Below are positions 45,864 to 56,282 of a DNA stretch of 64,000 nucleotides, piece by piece. Both the position numbers and the translations under genes were made by a program. Position 1 is the first letter of the stretch. Each line of letters opens with the position of its first letter. The notes below the pieces were generated by a model, which did no database searches, had not been told where the DNA came from, and saw only the letters and a program-made list of their open reading frames with translations. This DNA comes from Hyalangium minutum (GTDB lineage: Bacteria > Myxococcota > Myxococcia > Myxococcales > Myxococcaceae): positions 1 through 64,000 of the forward strand of contig NZ_JMCB01000022.1 of assembly GCF_000737315.1 (NCBI RefSeq), read 5' to 3'.

Positions 45864-46748
45864 ATGGATACCACCCACATGCCCGACCTCATCACCCCCG
45901 CCATCCCCTTCTTCATCCTCTCGCTCATCATCGAGGGGTTCGTGGTGAAGCGGATGCGGGACGAGAGGCGCGACGTCCGGGGACACACGCTCAAGGACAC
46001 CGCCGCCAGCCTCTCCATGGGGCTCGGCAACCTCATCATCGGCCTCGTGTGGAAGGGCATCGCCTTCGCCTTCTACATCGCGCTCTACCAGCTCACGCCG
46101 CTGCGCATGGGCTCGGGGCCCTGGGTCTGGGTGCTGCTCTTCCTGGGCGATGACCTCTGCTACTACTGGTTCCACCGCGTCCATCACGAGTGCCGCTTCC
46201 TCTGGGCCGGCCACGTGGTCCACCACTCGAGCCAGCACTACAACCTGTCCACCGCCCTGCGGCAGCCGTGGACCACGCCCATCACCGGTGTGCCCTTCTG
46301 GGCCCCGCTGGCGCTGCTCGGGTTCAACCCCGCGTATATCGTCGCCATGCAGTCCATCAGCCTGCTCTACCAGTATTGGATTCACACCGAGTCCATCGGG
46401 AAGCTCGGGCCCCTGGAGTGGGTGCTCAACACGCCCTCGCACCACCGCGTGCACCACGCCTCCAACACGCAGTACCTCGACAAGAACCACGGCGGCATCC
46501 TCATCATCTGGGACCGGCTGTTCGGCACCTTCGCCCCCGAGGTGGAGCGCCCCGTCTATGGGCTGACCACGAACATCCACACCTACAATCCCTTCCGCAT
46601 CGCCGCCCATGAGTACGCCGCCATCGCGAAGGACTTGAAGCGCCCCGAGCCCCTGCGCATCCGGCTCGCCCGCGTCTTCCGAAACCCCGCGTGGAAGCCC
46701 CCCGAGGAGGAGCGCGTGCCGCCGCCTCCGTCGACGCTTCCGGCCTGA
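45864..46748 (+). CDS. Sterol desaturase / fatty-acid hydroxylase superfamily protein, alkylglycerol-monooxygenase-like
   Basis: His boxes YYWFHRVHH, HVVHHSS, YQYWIH and TPSHHRVHH; YNLSTALRQ. Confidence 0.88.
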   Translation: MDTTHMPDLITPAIPFFILSLIIEGFVVKRMRDERRDVRGHTLKDTAASLSMGLGNLIIGLVWKGIAFAFYIALYQLTPLRMGSGPWVWVLLFLGDDLCYYWFHRVHHECRFLWAGHVVHHSSQHYNLSTALRQPWTTPITGVPFWAPLALLGFNPAYIVAMQSISLLYQYWIHTESIGKLGPLEWVLNTPSHHRVHHASNTQYLDKNHGGILIIWDRLFGTFAPEVERPVYGLTTNIHTYNPFRIAAHEYAAIAKDLKRPEPLRIRLARVFRNPAWKPPEEERVPPPPSTLPA

Positions 46749-46836
46749 ACGTCTCCGCCTTTCCTCCCGGGAAGAGGCAGACTCCCTCCCCTGTTGGGCG
46801 CGCCGCGCCGCCAACGGCGCTGGGAGGGCACTGCAC

Positions 46837-48267
46837 ATGACGTCGCATTCCGGGAGAGGCTCGTGGGGTTGGCTCGCGCTGGGGCTCTGGCTCGCTGGGT
46901 GCGCGACCGCGCAGACGGCTCAGCCCCCTCAGCCCGCCCCCGGGGCTCCTCCTGCCGCTGCGGGCACTCCGGTGGTTGCCTTCGTGGGCGTCTCCGTCCT
47001 CCCGCTCGACTCCGATCGGGTGCTCGAGGACCAGACCGTGGTGGTGCGCGGCGATCGCATCGAGGCCATGGGTCCCAAGGCCTCCACCCCCGTCCCCGCG
47101 GGTGCCACTCAGCTCGACGGGCGCGGCCGCTACCTCATGCCCGGACTGGTGGACATGCACATCCACTTGATGCCCGGTGAGGGCGCACCCACGGACCCTG
47201 CGGGACAACAGCTCAGCCTGCTCCTCGCCAATGGCATCACCACCGCGCGCGCCCTGGTGGCCCCTCCGAGTGGCCTGGCCCTGAGGGACCGCGTGGCTCG
47301 CGGCGAGGTGTCCGGCCCCACGCTCCGGGTGGCGGGGCCCTCCTTCCACGGCAAGTCCGTGCAGAGCCCAGAGCAAGCCCGGCAGCGGGTGCGCGAGCAG
47401 AAGGCCGCGGGCTATGACTTGCTCAAGACCCACGGCGGCCTCAGCCGCGAGACGTACGATGCCATGGTCGCCGAGGCCAAGGCCCAGGGCCTGCGCGTCA
47501 GCGGCCATGTCACTCAGGAGGTCGGCCTCCTGCATGCGCTCGAGTCGGGACAGCAGATCGAGCACCTCGATGGCTACCTCGCCGCGCTGCTGCCTCCCGG
47601 AGACACGACGCCCGTGGAACAGGTGGAGTTCGGCGCGGCCCTCGCGAAGATGAGCCCGGCCCGTATCCCCACGCTCGCCGAGGCCACGAAGAAGGCGGGC
47701 ATCTTCAACTCCCCCACCCTCGCCCTCTTCGAGATTGTCGCCAGCGACGGCGCCGTCCCCGAGCTGCGCTCCTCGCGGGAGCTGCGCTACGTGCCCTCCA
47801 CCGCCGTGGATGCGTGGACGAAGGAGCTGCTCACCGGCCCGCTCTCTCAGGCCCCCGTGTCCGGCAAGCACCGGTTCCTCGAGCTGCGCCGCCAGGTGGT
47901 CCAAGGCCTGCACGCGGCCGGGACGCCACTGCTGGTGGGCTCGGACTCGCCCCAGCTCTTCATGGTGCCCGGCTTCGCCCTCCACCAGGAGATGGAGGCG
48001 ATGACGGCCGCCGGTCTGCCCCCCCTCACCGTGCTCCAGGCCGCCACGCGCAACGCCTCCGCGTACTTCGGCGAGAGCGACCAGTGGGGCTCGGTCGCTC
48101 CCGGCCAGCGCGCGGACCTGCTGCTGCTCAATACCAACCCGCTCCAGGACGTGAAGCTCACCCGGGCCCTCGTGGGCGTCATGGTGCGCGGCCAGTGGCT
48201 CCCTCGAACCGAGCTGGATGCCCGCCTCGAACAGGTCGCCGCCGCCGCCAAGGCCGCCAAAAACTGA
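46837..48267 (+). CDS. Exported amidohydrolase family protein
   Basis: LMPGLVDMHIH, SGH, IEH, LLVGSD, GQRADLLLL; signal peptide or lipobox LAGC. Confidence 0.88.
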   Translation: MTSHSGRGSWGWLALGLWLAGCATAQTAQPPQPAPGAPPAAAGTPVVAFVGVSVLPLDSDRVLEDQTVVVRGDRIEAMGPKASTPVPAGATQLDGRGRYLMPGLVDMHIHLMPGEGAPTDPAGQQLSLLLANGITTARALVAPPSGLALRDRVARGEVSGPTLRVAGPSFHGKSVQSPEQARQRVREQKAAGYDLLKTHGGLSRETYDAMVAEAKAQGLRVSGHVTQEVGLLHALESGQQIEHLDGYLAALLPPGDTTPVEQVEFGAALAKMSPARIPTLAEATKKAGIFNSPTLALFEIVASDGAVPELRSSRELRYVPSTAVDAWTKELLTGPLSQAPVSGKHRFLELRRQVVQGLHAAGTPLLVGSDSPQLFMVPGFALHQEMEAMTAAGLPPLTVLQAATRNASAYFGESDQWGSVAPGQRADLLLLNTNPLQDVKLTRALVGVMVRGQWLPRTELDARLEQVAAAAKAAKN

Positions 48268-48407
48268 CCGCCTCCCGCCCAGGGGCATATGTGTTCAATG
48301 TCGGGCTTAACACCTACCTCTTAGGTTAGGAACGTTCTCCTCGCTTTTCCCGATGAACGTGAGGCGCTAAGGACTCCCAGGGAAATCCAATGGCCGGTGA
48401 GGGAGTC

Positions 48408-49997
48408 ATGAGTCAGCGTGAGCTGTGGGAGCGGTACAAGAAGTACCTCTGCATCTGCCCGACGGTGGGTTTCACGCTCGATATCTCCAGGATGAACTTC
48501 GCTGACGGCTTCCTGGATCAGATGAGCGGGCCCCTGCAGGCGGCCTTCGCCGCCATGGAGGCCCTGGAGAAGGGCGCCATCGCCAACCCGGACGAGAACC
48601 GCCGCGTGGGCCACTACTGGCTGCGCGCCCCGGAGATGTCCCCGGAGGCCGGCATTGGCCGCGCCATCCGGGACACGCTCGCGGACGTGCACTGGTTCGC
48701 GGAGGAGCTCCACGAGGGCCGCATTGCCCCGCAAACGGCCGAGCGCTTCACGCAGTTGCTCGTCATTGGCATCGGCGGCTCGGCGCTGGGGCCTCAGCTC
48801 GTCGCGGACGCGCTGGGTGGCCCCTCGGACAAGATGCGCGTCTTCTTCTTCGACAACACGGATCCAGATGGCATGGACCGCGTGCTGGCGCAGGTGGGCG
48901 ACAAGCTGCCGGAGACGCTCACCCTCGTGGTCAGCAAGTCCGGCGGCACCAAGGAGACGCGCAACGGCATGCTGGAGGCCGAGCGCGCGTACCAGGCCCG
49001 CGGCCTCACCTTCGGCGCCCACGCCGTGGCCATCACCGGCGAGCACAGTGAGCTCGACCAGTACGCCAAGAAGAACGGTTGGCTGCGCGCCTTCCCCATG
49101 TGGGACTGGGTTGGCGGGCGCACCTCCGTCATGTCCGCCGTGGGCATGCTGCCCGCACGGCTGCAGGGGCTCGACATCGATGGGATGCTGTCGGGCGCTC
49201 GGGACATGGACCGCGAGACGCGCCAGCGGGACGTGCTCCGCAACCCGGCCGCGCTGCTGGCGCTCATGTGGTACCACGCCGGTAAGGGCCGCGGCACCCA
49301 GGACATGGTCATCCTGCCGTACAAGGACCGGCTGCTGTTGATGTCCCGCTACCTCCAGCAGCTGGTGATGGAGTCGCTGGGCAAGGAGAAGGCGCTGGAC
49401 GGCAAGGTGGTGAACCAGGGCATCGCCGTCTACGGCAACAAGGGCTCCACGGATCAGCACGCCTACGTGCAGCAGCTGCGCGAGGGGGTGCACAACTTCT
49501 TCGTCACCTTCATCGAGGTGCTCAAGGACCGCGAGGGTGCCTCCCTGCCCGTGGAGGAGAACGCCACCAGCGGGGACTACCTGCTGGGCTTCCTGCTCGG
49601 CACCCGGAGGGCCCTCTTCGAGAAGGGCCGCGAGTCCATCACCCTCACCGTGCCGGACGTGAGCGCGCGCACGCTGGGTGCCCTCATCGCGCTGTACGAG
49701 CGCGCCGTCGGGTTCTACGCCTCGCTGGTCAACATCAACGCCTACCACCAGCCGGGCGTCGAGGCCGGGAAGAAGGCAGCCGGCTCCGTGCTGGAGATTC
49801 AGCGCAAGCTGCTCTCGCACCTTCGCGGGACCAAGGGTACTCCGGGCACGGCGGAGGAGCTGGCCGCCGCCATGGGCGCCACGGACGAGGTGGAGACGGT
49901 GTTCAAGGTGCTCGAGCATCTGGCCGCCAACCCCCACCACGGGGTGAAACGCACCGAGGGCACCACGCCGTTCGGCGCGCGCTTCAGCGTGAAGTAG
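48408..49997 (+). CDS. pgi: Glucose-6-phosphate isomerase
   Basis: [41 protein letters not shown] and QPGVEAGK; start at ATG 48408. Confidence 0.96.
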   Translation: MSQRELWERYKKYLCICPTVGFTLDISRMNFADGFLDQMSGPLQAAFAAMEALEKGAIANPDENRRVGHYWLRAPEMSPEAGIGRAIRDTLADVHWFAEELHEGRIAPQTAERFTQLLVIGIGGSALGPQLVADALGGPSDKMRVFFFDNTDPDGMDRVLAQVGDKLPETLTLVVSKSGGTKETRNGMLEAERAYQARGLTFGAHAVAITGEHSELDQYAKKNGWLRAFPMWDWVGGRTSVMSAVGMLPARLQGLDIDGMLSGARDMDRETRQRDVLRNPAALLALMWYHAGKGRGTQDMVILPYKDRLLLMSRYLQQLVMESLGKEKALDGKVVNQGIAVYGNKGSTDQHAYVQQLREGVHNFFVTFIEVLKDREGASLPVEENATSGDYLLGFLLGTRRALFEKGRESITLTVPDVSARTLGALIALYERAVGFYASLVNINAYHQPGVEAGKKAAGSVLEIQRKLLSHLRGTKGTPGTAEELAAAMGATDEVETVFKVLEHLAANPHHGVKRTEGTTPFGARFSVK

Positions 49998-49998
49998 C

Positions 49999-52146
49999 TC
50001 ACCGCTCCAGGGGCCCGAGCTGCACCTGGAGCACCTGGGCCGTGGGCCAGGGCGGAGTGAACTCGGGGCGCGCGGTGAGCACCGCGCACAGCCGCGCGCC
50101 GGAGGCCTCCTTCACCAGCTGCGCCAGCAGATCCAAGGTGACCGGATCAGCCCAGTGCACGTCCTCCACCACCATCAGCACGGGCTGCCGCTGGGCCATC
50201 TCGAAGAACAGGTCCAGCAGCGCCTGCACGGTCTGCTCCTGCTGGCGCCGCGCGGACATGGCCTGCACCGGATGGTGGACCGAGGCACCCGGAACGGCGA
50301 GGAGCGCGGCGAACAGCGGGAGGAACTCGGCGGTCTCGAAGCCGTACTGGGAGAGCAGCGCCTCGATCGCGGCGGTGGCCTGCTCCGAGGTCGAGTCCTG
50401 GCTCAGCCCCAGCAACCGCTCCAGCAGATCCACCACGGGCCGCAAGGGGCTGTCGCGCCCCTCGGAGGTGCAGCGGCACTCCAGGAAGGTGTGCGGCGTG
50501 TGGCGCGCTTGCAGCACGAGTTCCTGCGCCAGGCGGGACTTGCCGATGCCGGGCTCGCCTCGGATCAGGATGCCCTGCCCCGTGCCGGCCTGCACCTGCC
50601 TCCAGCGCTGCACCAGCAGCTCCAGTTCCAGGGTGCGGCCGAGCAGCGGATTCACGGGTGTCCGCTCCAGGCCCGCCGTGGAGGCACGCTGCCGGCCTCG
50701 GAGGCGGAACACCGGCATGGAGTTCGCCCCCACGCCCACACGGTGCTCTCCCGAAGGTTCGAGGACAAAGCCCTCGCGCAGCACCTGGGCGGTGGCCTCA
50801 CTGACGAGCAACTCTCCGGGCTGAGCGAGCGCCTCCAGCCGCTCCGCCACTCCGGGCGTGTGGCCCACCAGCACGGGCAGCCCCGAGAGGCCCTGCCCTC
50901 GCAGCTCGCGACTGAGGACGGGACCGGTGTGGATGCCGACGCGGACCTCGGCCTTCAGTCCGTGGGCACGTGCCAGCTCCGCACCGCGCTTCTCCATCTG
51001 CGCCATCAGCTCCAGGGCCGTGAAGGCCGCGCGCTGGGCGTCGTCCTCGTGCGCCTTGGGATAGCCGAAGTACAGCAGCACCCGCTCTCCCCAGACGCTG
51101 CCCAGCCAGCCCTCCCGCTTGCGGGCCAGCTCGACCCAGGCGGCGTGCTGCTTCCATAGCAGCGCGTCCAGCTCCTCGGCCTTCGCGGTGGCCGCGCTCC
51201 CGCCCACCAGCCGCAGGCTGCAGCAGACAGCCGTGAGGTGCCGGCGCTCATCCTCGGCGGAGGCCAGGGGCTGCTCCACCAGGACCGGGGACATGGGCGT
51301 CTCCGCCGAGGGCCACCCCTGCGTCGCGCACGACTCCAGCTCCAGCAGCAGGCCCTGCGCGGTGACGTCCCGTGCCTGGGGGTTCTTCTCCGTGGCGCGC
51401 CGCAGCAGCCGGCCGAGGCGATGACTGGAGAGCCACTCGGGCAGGACGACGGGCTCCGGGCCCAGCTGCTTGAAGATGAGGTCCTGCAGCCGGGAGCCCT
51501 CCACCACCCGCCTGCCCGTGAGACACTCCACGAAGATGAGGCCCCACGCGTAGAGGTCCGTACGCGCCGTTACCGGCTCACCCCGGAGTTGCTCGGGCGC
51601 GGCGTAAGCGGGCGTGCCCAGCGTGTCCCGCGTCCGGGTGATGCGTGACAGCTCCTCGCGCCGGTCCTCGTCGGAGAGCGTGCCCAGTCCGAAGTCGAGC
51701 ACCATGGCATTGCGCCGCAGGCCCGTGCTGGTGAGCATGATGTTCTGCGGCTTCAGGTCCCGGTGGACGATGCCCAGCTTGTGCGCGCACCCCAGCGCGT
51801 CCAGCACCTGCAACATGAGATGCGCGGCCTCCCATGGCGGCAGCGCCCCCTCCGTCGCAAGCACGTCTCCTAACGTTCGGCCGGGCACATACTCGAAGAC
51901 GGTGTAGAGCCGCCCGGTCGCTGTCCGCCCGGAGTCGATGAGCCGGACGATGTGCGGGTGATAGAGCCGGGCGCACAGCCGCATCTCGCGCTGAAAGCGG
52001 GCAATGAGCCCCTCGTCCGCCGCATGCAGTGGCTGGAGGATTTTGACGGCCACCTCCTGACCGGTGGCCCGCTGGCGCGCCTTGAAGACCTGGCTGAAGC
52101 CTCCCTCGCCCAGCTTGGAGAGCACCTCGTAGCGCTCCTGGAACAC
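49999..52146 (-). pseudogene. Truncated paralogue of the kinase/cyclase/ATPase fusion
   Basis: Colinear with the first roughly 735 aa of 52229..56263, then stops at QVQLGPLER* one base from the pgi stop. No ATG upstream of GTG 52146 although the frame stays open. Confidence 0.65.
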
Positions 52147-52228
52147 CTTATCGTTGGCGATGGATTGCAGGCGGAGCCTCTGGGACGAACCGTGGGGAGT
52201 GCTGCTTATCCCAGAACCTATATCGGCG

Positions 52229-55200
52229 TCAGGACCCCCACTCCTCCATCACGGCCCGAGCTCGCTGGAGATCCAACGTGTCGAAGCCTTCCGTGAACTG
52301 TCCATAAAGAGGCATCAACAGCTCACGGGCCTCCGCGTGTTGTCCCTTGCGCAGCAATTGCTTGCACAGCGGTACGGCGGCGCGCAGCTCCACCATCCTC
52401 GCGCTCCGCTCGCGCGCTAGGGCGATGGCCTCTCGCAGCTTGGCTTCGCCCTCATTGGAGTCTGGGTTCTGGGCCAGCAGCGCATTGCCATACCGGTACA
52501 GCACGTGCAGCTGCGAGAATCCCTCCCCGGAGGCCTGGGCCCGGCGCAGCGCCTCCTCAAGCCGCTGGAGCGCCGCCTCATGATGGCCGAGTGAGGACTC
52601 GACCTCGGCCACGATGGAAGCATAACTGGACCAGTAGAGCGCACTGCCATGTTCCTCCAGCAGGGCGAGGATCCGCTGCATCCCTTGCAGATCCCGCGTG
52701 GCCACGCAGCGCAGCAGCTGCGCGTACGCCCCTTGCGACACGAGCCGCTGGCGAGTGGTCAGCTCGACGAGCTCGCTAGAGAGGGTGTCGAGCCGGGCGA
52801 ACTCCAGCCGCAGGTGGTACAGCACCAGGGTGTAGATGCTGGCCACGGCGCGTGTGCTCATGTGATTCAAGTCTCGAGCCCTGGCGAGGGCAGACTCCAT
52901 CACCCTCAAGCCCTCATCCGGAAATCCCAGGTGCCACCGCACGAACCCTAGGGACAGCATTGCCTGGACGCGAGGATCGAGCGCGTACATGGAAGCAGCG
53001 CTGGGAACAGCGTCTTCGCGCAGTGACAAGGCCCGGCCGAGGCATTCTCCCGACTCGACGAACAGTCCCTGGGCACAGAGAGAATCTCCCAGGAGCGGGA
53101 GTGTCACGGCCTGGTGGCTGGCGTGCTGCGTCAGCCCCTCCATGGAAACCAGCCGCTCCGCCAACGCGCGCGCCTGAGTATGTTGGGCACGCAGGTGATG
53201 GTAACTGGCCAGCGCCCACAGCGTTGGGACAACGCGCGGGCTGTCGCCCAGCAGATCGATCAACGCCTGGCTGCGCTCCACGTGTGCTTTGACCGCAGCG
53301 TCGGTCCAGCCCCGAGTCGCCATGAGCGCGGGGGTGATGACTTCGTTGAACTCGAGTTCCACCTTCGCGCGCTCGCGCTCGTCGGAGATAGCACCGAGCC
53401 ACTCCAGCGCCTCCGTGGCGTGGCTCAAGGCTTCGGCATGGGCCGAACGCATGAGGGCCCCCACCGCTGCCTTGAGGGCATACCCCAGCGCCTCGCGCTT
53501 CTGCTCCGCTCCAGCATGGTGGCGAGCCAACACGTCTGGACGTTGCTGGACCAGCTCGGGGAAGCGCTGCTCCAGCGCCGCCGCGATGCGCGCATGCATC
53601 TGCCGGCGCATCTGCTTGGGCATGGCCTCGTAGGCGGTGTCGCGGATGAGGGCATGCTTGAAGGCGTAGCCCGAGCCGCGCGCCCCGCGCCGCCGGTGGA
53701 CGAGATCCGCCACCACCAGAGCCTCCAAGTCCTTCTTCAGCATCGCCTCGTCCGACGCGGAGGCCGCCAGGAGCACCTCGTAGCTGAAATCACGCCCCAG
53801 CGCGGAGGCGAGCTGTGCCGTGGCCTTGGCCACGCCGAGCCGGTCCAGCCGGGCCATCAGTAAGTCGCGCAGGGTGCTCGGAACCTCCAGGCTCCCCACC
53901 TTGCGCGGCGTGTCTCCTTGCCGAGACAGGGACTCCACCACCATCCGGGTCAGCTCCTCGACGAACAGCGGCACCCCATCCGTGCGCTCCAGGATGCGCT
54001 CCACCACCTCAGCGGAAAGCAGGACCCCCTGCGTCAGGCGCTTCACCATCTCCTCCACCTGAGACCGCTCCAGCCGCCCCAGCTGCACCTGGAGCACCTG
54101 GGACGCGGACCCGGGCGGCGTAAACTCGGGACGCGCGGTGAGCAGCGCGCACAGGCGCGCGCCCGAGACGTCCCCCACCAGCTGCCCCAGCAGCTCCAGG
54201 GTCGTCGGGTCGGCCCAGTGGAGGTCTTCCACCAGCAGCAGCACGGGCTGTTGCTGGGCCATCTCGAACAGCAGCCCCAGCAGCGCCTGGAACGTCTCCT
54301 CCTTCTGGCGCTGCGGAGACATGGGCGGCGGCGGATAGCGGCCCGAGGGATCCTTGAGCGACAGCAGCGCGGCGAACAGCGGCAGGAACTCGGCCAGCAC
54401 GAAGCCGTAGCGCAGCAGCAGCGCTTCGAGCGCCGCCACGGCTTGCTCCGGCGTGGAGCCCCGGTCTAGCCCCAGCAGCCGCTCCAGCAGATCCACCACC
54501 GGGCGCAGGGTGCTGTGGCGCCACTCGGGAGAGCACCGGCACTCCAGGAAGGTGTGCGGCACGTCGCGCGCCTGTTGCGCCAGCTCCTGCGCCAGCCGCG
54601 ATTTGCCGATGCCCGGCTCTCCGGTGATGAGGAGGGCCTGCCCCACGCCCGCCACCACCTGCCGCCAGCGCTGCCGCAGCAGCTCCGTCTCCCAGAGGCG
54701 CCCGAACAGCGGTGCCACCTGGCCGTGCGAGGCTGTGCGCAGCTCGGGGCCCAGCTCGAACGACTGCATCGACCAGCTGCCGGCTTGGGCCTCCTGAGCG
54801 GGCATCAGCTCGAAGGCGTCCCTCAGCAGCTTCGCCGTCTGGGTGCTCACGAGGATGGCTCCTGGGCTGGCTCGCTCCGCCAGTCGCGAGGCCACGCTGG
54901 GCACAGGCCCCACCGGGGCGGACGACAAGGCGCTGCTGCCGCCCAGGACACTGGGACTGACCACCAGCCCGGTGTGGATGCCCACGCGTACCTCCAGCGA
55001 GGCCCCGTGCTTCTCCGCCAGCTCCTGGGCCCGCTGCTCCAGTTCCGACACCATCTCCAGTGCCATCCGCGCCGCGCGCCGCGCATCGTCCTCTCGCGCC
55101 GTGGGGTAGCCCATGAACACCACCATCCGCTCCGCCAGCACCCCTCCCACGTGCGCTTCGAGGCGCCGGGCGATCTCCGCGAGCGCCACATACAGGCCTC

Positions 55201-56263
55201 GGTGCAGCTGATCCGCCTCCTCGACGTCCTCGCGCTCCTCCAGCCCCGCCAGCGTCACCCCGATGCAGACAGCGGTCAGCTGGCGGTGCTCCCCATCCGC
55301 CTTCATGATGACCGTCTCGACCAGAGCCTGCCCCGCCCCCATACCGGCCCCCATCTGCGGCGCTCCGCTGCCCCCGCCCTCCCTGGCCCTGGACTCCAGC
55401 TCCTGGATCAGCCCCTGCGCCGTCACCTCACGCGCCTTCGGATCCTTCTGCGTCACCTTGCGCAGCAGCGGGCCCAGCCGGTGCCGCTCCAGCCAGTCCG
55501 GGAAAGGAATTGGATCCGGTCCGAGCTGCTTGTAGAGCACCTCCTGCAGCGTGGCGCCGCTCATGGCCCGCTGACCGGTGAGGCACTCCAGGAACGTGAG
55601 CCCCCAGGCATACAGGTCCGTGCGCTCGGTGACCAACTCGGAGCGCAGTTGCTCGGGCGCGGCATAGGCGGGCGTGCCCAGCACCTCCCGCGAGCGCGTG
55701 AGCGGGGCTGCGCCTCCCATCATGGCCTCCTGCGGCAGCGTGCCCAGCCCGAAGTCGAGCACCAGCGCGTTGCGCCGCACTCCCGTCATCGCCACCATGA
55801 TGTTCTGCGGCTTGAGGTCCCGGTGGATAATGCCCAGCTTGTGTGCGGCCCCCAACGCGTCCAGCACCTGCAGCATCAGGTGCGTGGCCTCCTCGGCTGC
55901 TATCGGCCCCTGGGCCACCACCTCCGCCAGCGAGCGGCCCGGCACGTACTCGAAGACGGAGTAGAGCTGGTTGTCCGCCGTCACTCCCGAGTCGATGAGC
56001 CGGACGATGTGCGGGTGGTAGAGCCGGGCGCATAGCTGCATCTCGCGACGGAAGCGGGCCACATGGTGCTCGTCCTCCAAGTGCGCGGTCTTCAGCAGCT
56101 TGATGGCCACATCTTGATTCGTGGAGCGGTGCCGGGCCCGGTAGACCTGACCGAAGCCGCCCTCGCCCAGCGGGGAGAGAATCTCGTAGCGCTCCTGGAA
56201 CACCGTCCCTGCAGCAATCGATGCCACCGCGGCCCTCCTTAGGAGGCCGCGATTCAATCCCAC
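52229..56263 (-). CDS. Ser/Thr kinase - cyclase-like - STAND ATPase - TPR fusion (TOMM kinase/cyclase fusion family)
   Basis: HRDLKPQN, DFG, GEPGIGKS Walker A, LLVEDLHWAD Walker B, TDGVPLFVEEL, FKHALIRDTAY; 1344 aa. Confidence 0.9.
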   Translation of the reverse strand: MGLNRGLLRRAAVASIAAGTVFQERYEILSPLGEGGFGQVYRARHRSTNQDVAIKLLKTAHLEDEHHVARFRREMQLCARLYHPHIVRLIDSGVTADNQLYSVFEYVPGRSLAEVVAQGPIAAEEATHLMLQVLDALGAAHKLGIIHRDLKPQNIMVAMTGVRRNALVLDFGLGTLPQEAMMGGAAPLTRSREVLGTPAYAAPEQLRSELVTERTDLYAWGLTFLECLTGQRAMSGATLQEVLYKQLGPDPIPFPDWLERHRLGPLLRKVTQKDPKAREVTAQGLIQELESRAREGGGSGAPQMGAGMGAGQALVETVIMKADGEHRQLTAVCIGVTLAGLEEREDVEEADQLHRGLYVALAEIARRLEAHVGGVLAERMVVFMGYPTAREDDARRAARMALEMVSELEQRAQELAEKHGASLEVRVGIHTGLVVSPSVLGGSSALSSAPVGPVPSVASRLAERASPGAILVSTQTAKLLRDAFELMPAQEAQAGSWSMQSFELGPELRTASHGQVAPLFGRLWETELLRQRWRQVVAGVGQALLITGEPGIGKSRLAQELAQQARDVPHTFLECRCSPEWRHSTLRPVVDLLERLLGLDRGSTPEQAVAALEALLLRYGFVLAEFLPLFAALLSLKDPSGRYPPPPMSPQRQKEETFQALLGLLFEMAQQQPVLLLVEDLHWADPTTLELLGQLVGDVSGARLCALLTARPEFTPPGSASQVLQVQLGRLERSQVEEMVKRLTQGVLLSAEVVERILERTDGVPLFVEELTRMVVESLSRQGDTPRKVGSLEVPSTLRDLLMARLDRLGVAKATAQLASALGRDFSYEVLLAASASDEAMLKKDLEALVVADLVHRRRGARGSGYAFKHALIRDTAYEAMPKQMRRQMHARIAAALEQRFPELVQQRPDVLARHHAGAEQKREALGYALKAAVGALMRSAHAEALSHATEALEWLGAISDERERAKVELEFNEVITPALMATRGWTDAAVKAHVERSQALIDLLGDSPRVVPTLWALASYHHLRAQHTQARALAERLVSMEGLTQHASHQAVTLPLLGDSLCAQGLFVESGECLGRALSLREDAVPSAASMYALDPRVQAMLSLGFVRWHLGFPDEGLRVMESALARARDLNHMSTRAVASIYTLVLYHLRLEFARLDTLSSELVELTTRQRLVSQGAYAQLLRCVATRDLQGMQRILALLEEHGSALYWSSYASIVAEVESSLGHHEAALQRLEEALRRAQASGEGFSQLHVLYRYGNALLAQNPDSNEGEAKLREAIALARERSARMVELRAAVPLCKQLLRKGQHAEARELLMPLYGQFTEGFDTLDLQRARAVMEEWGS

Positions 56264-56282
56264 GATTGGCGGGACTGTCGAG

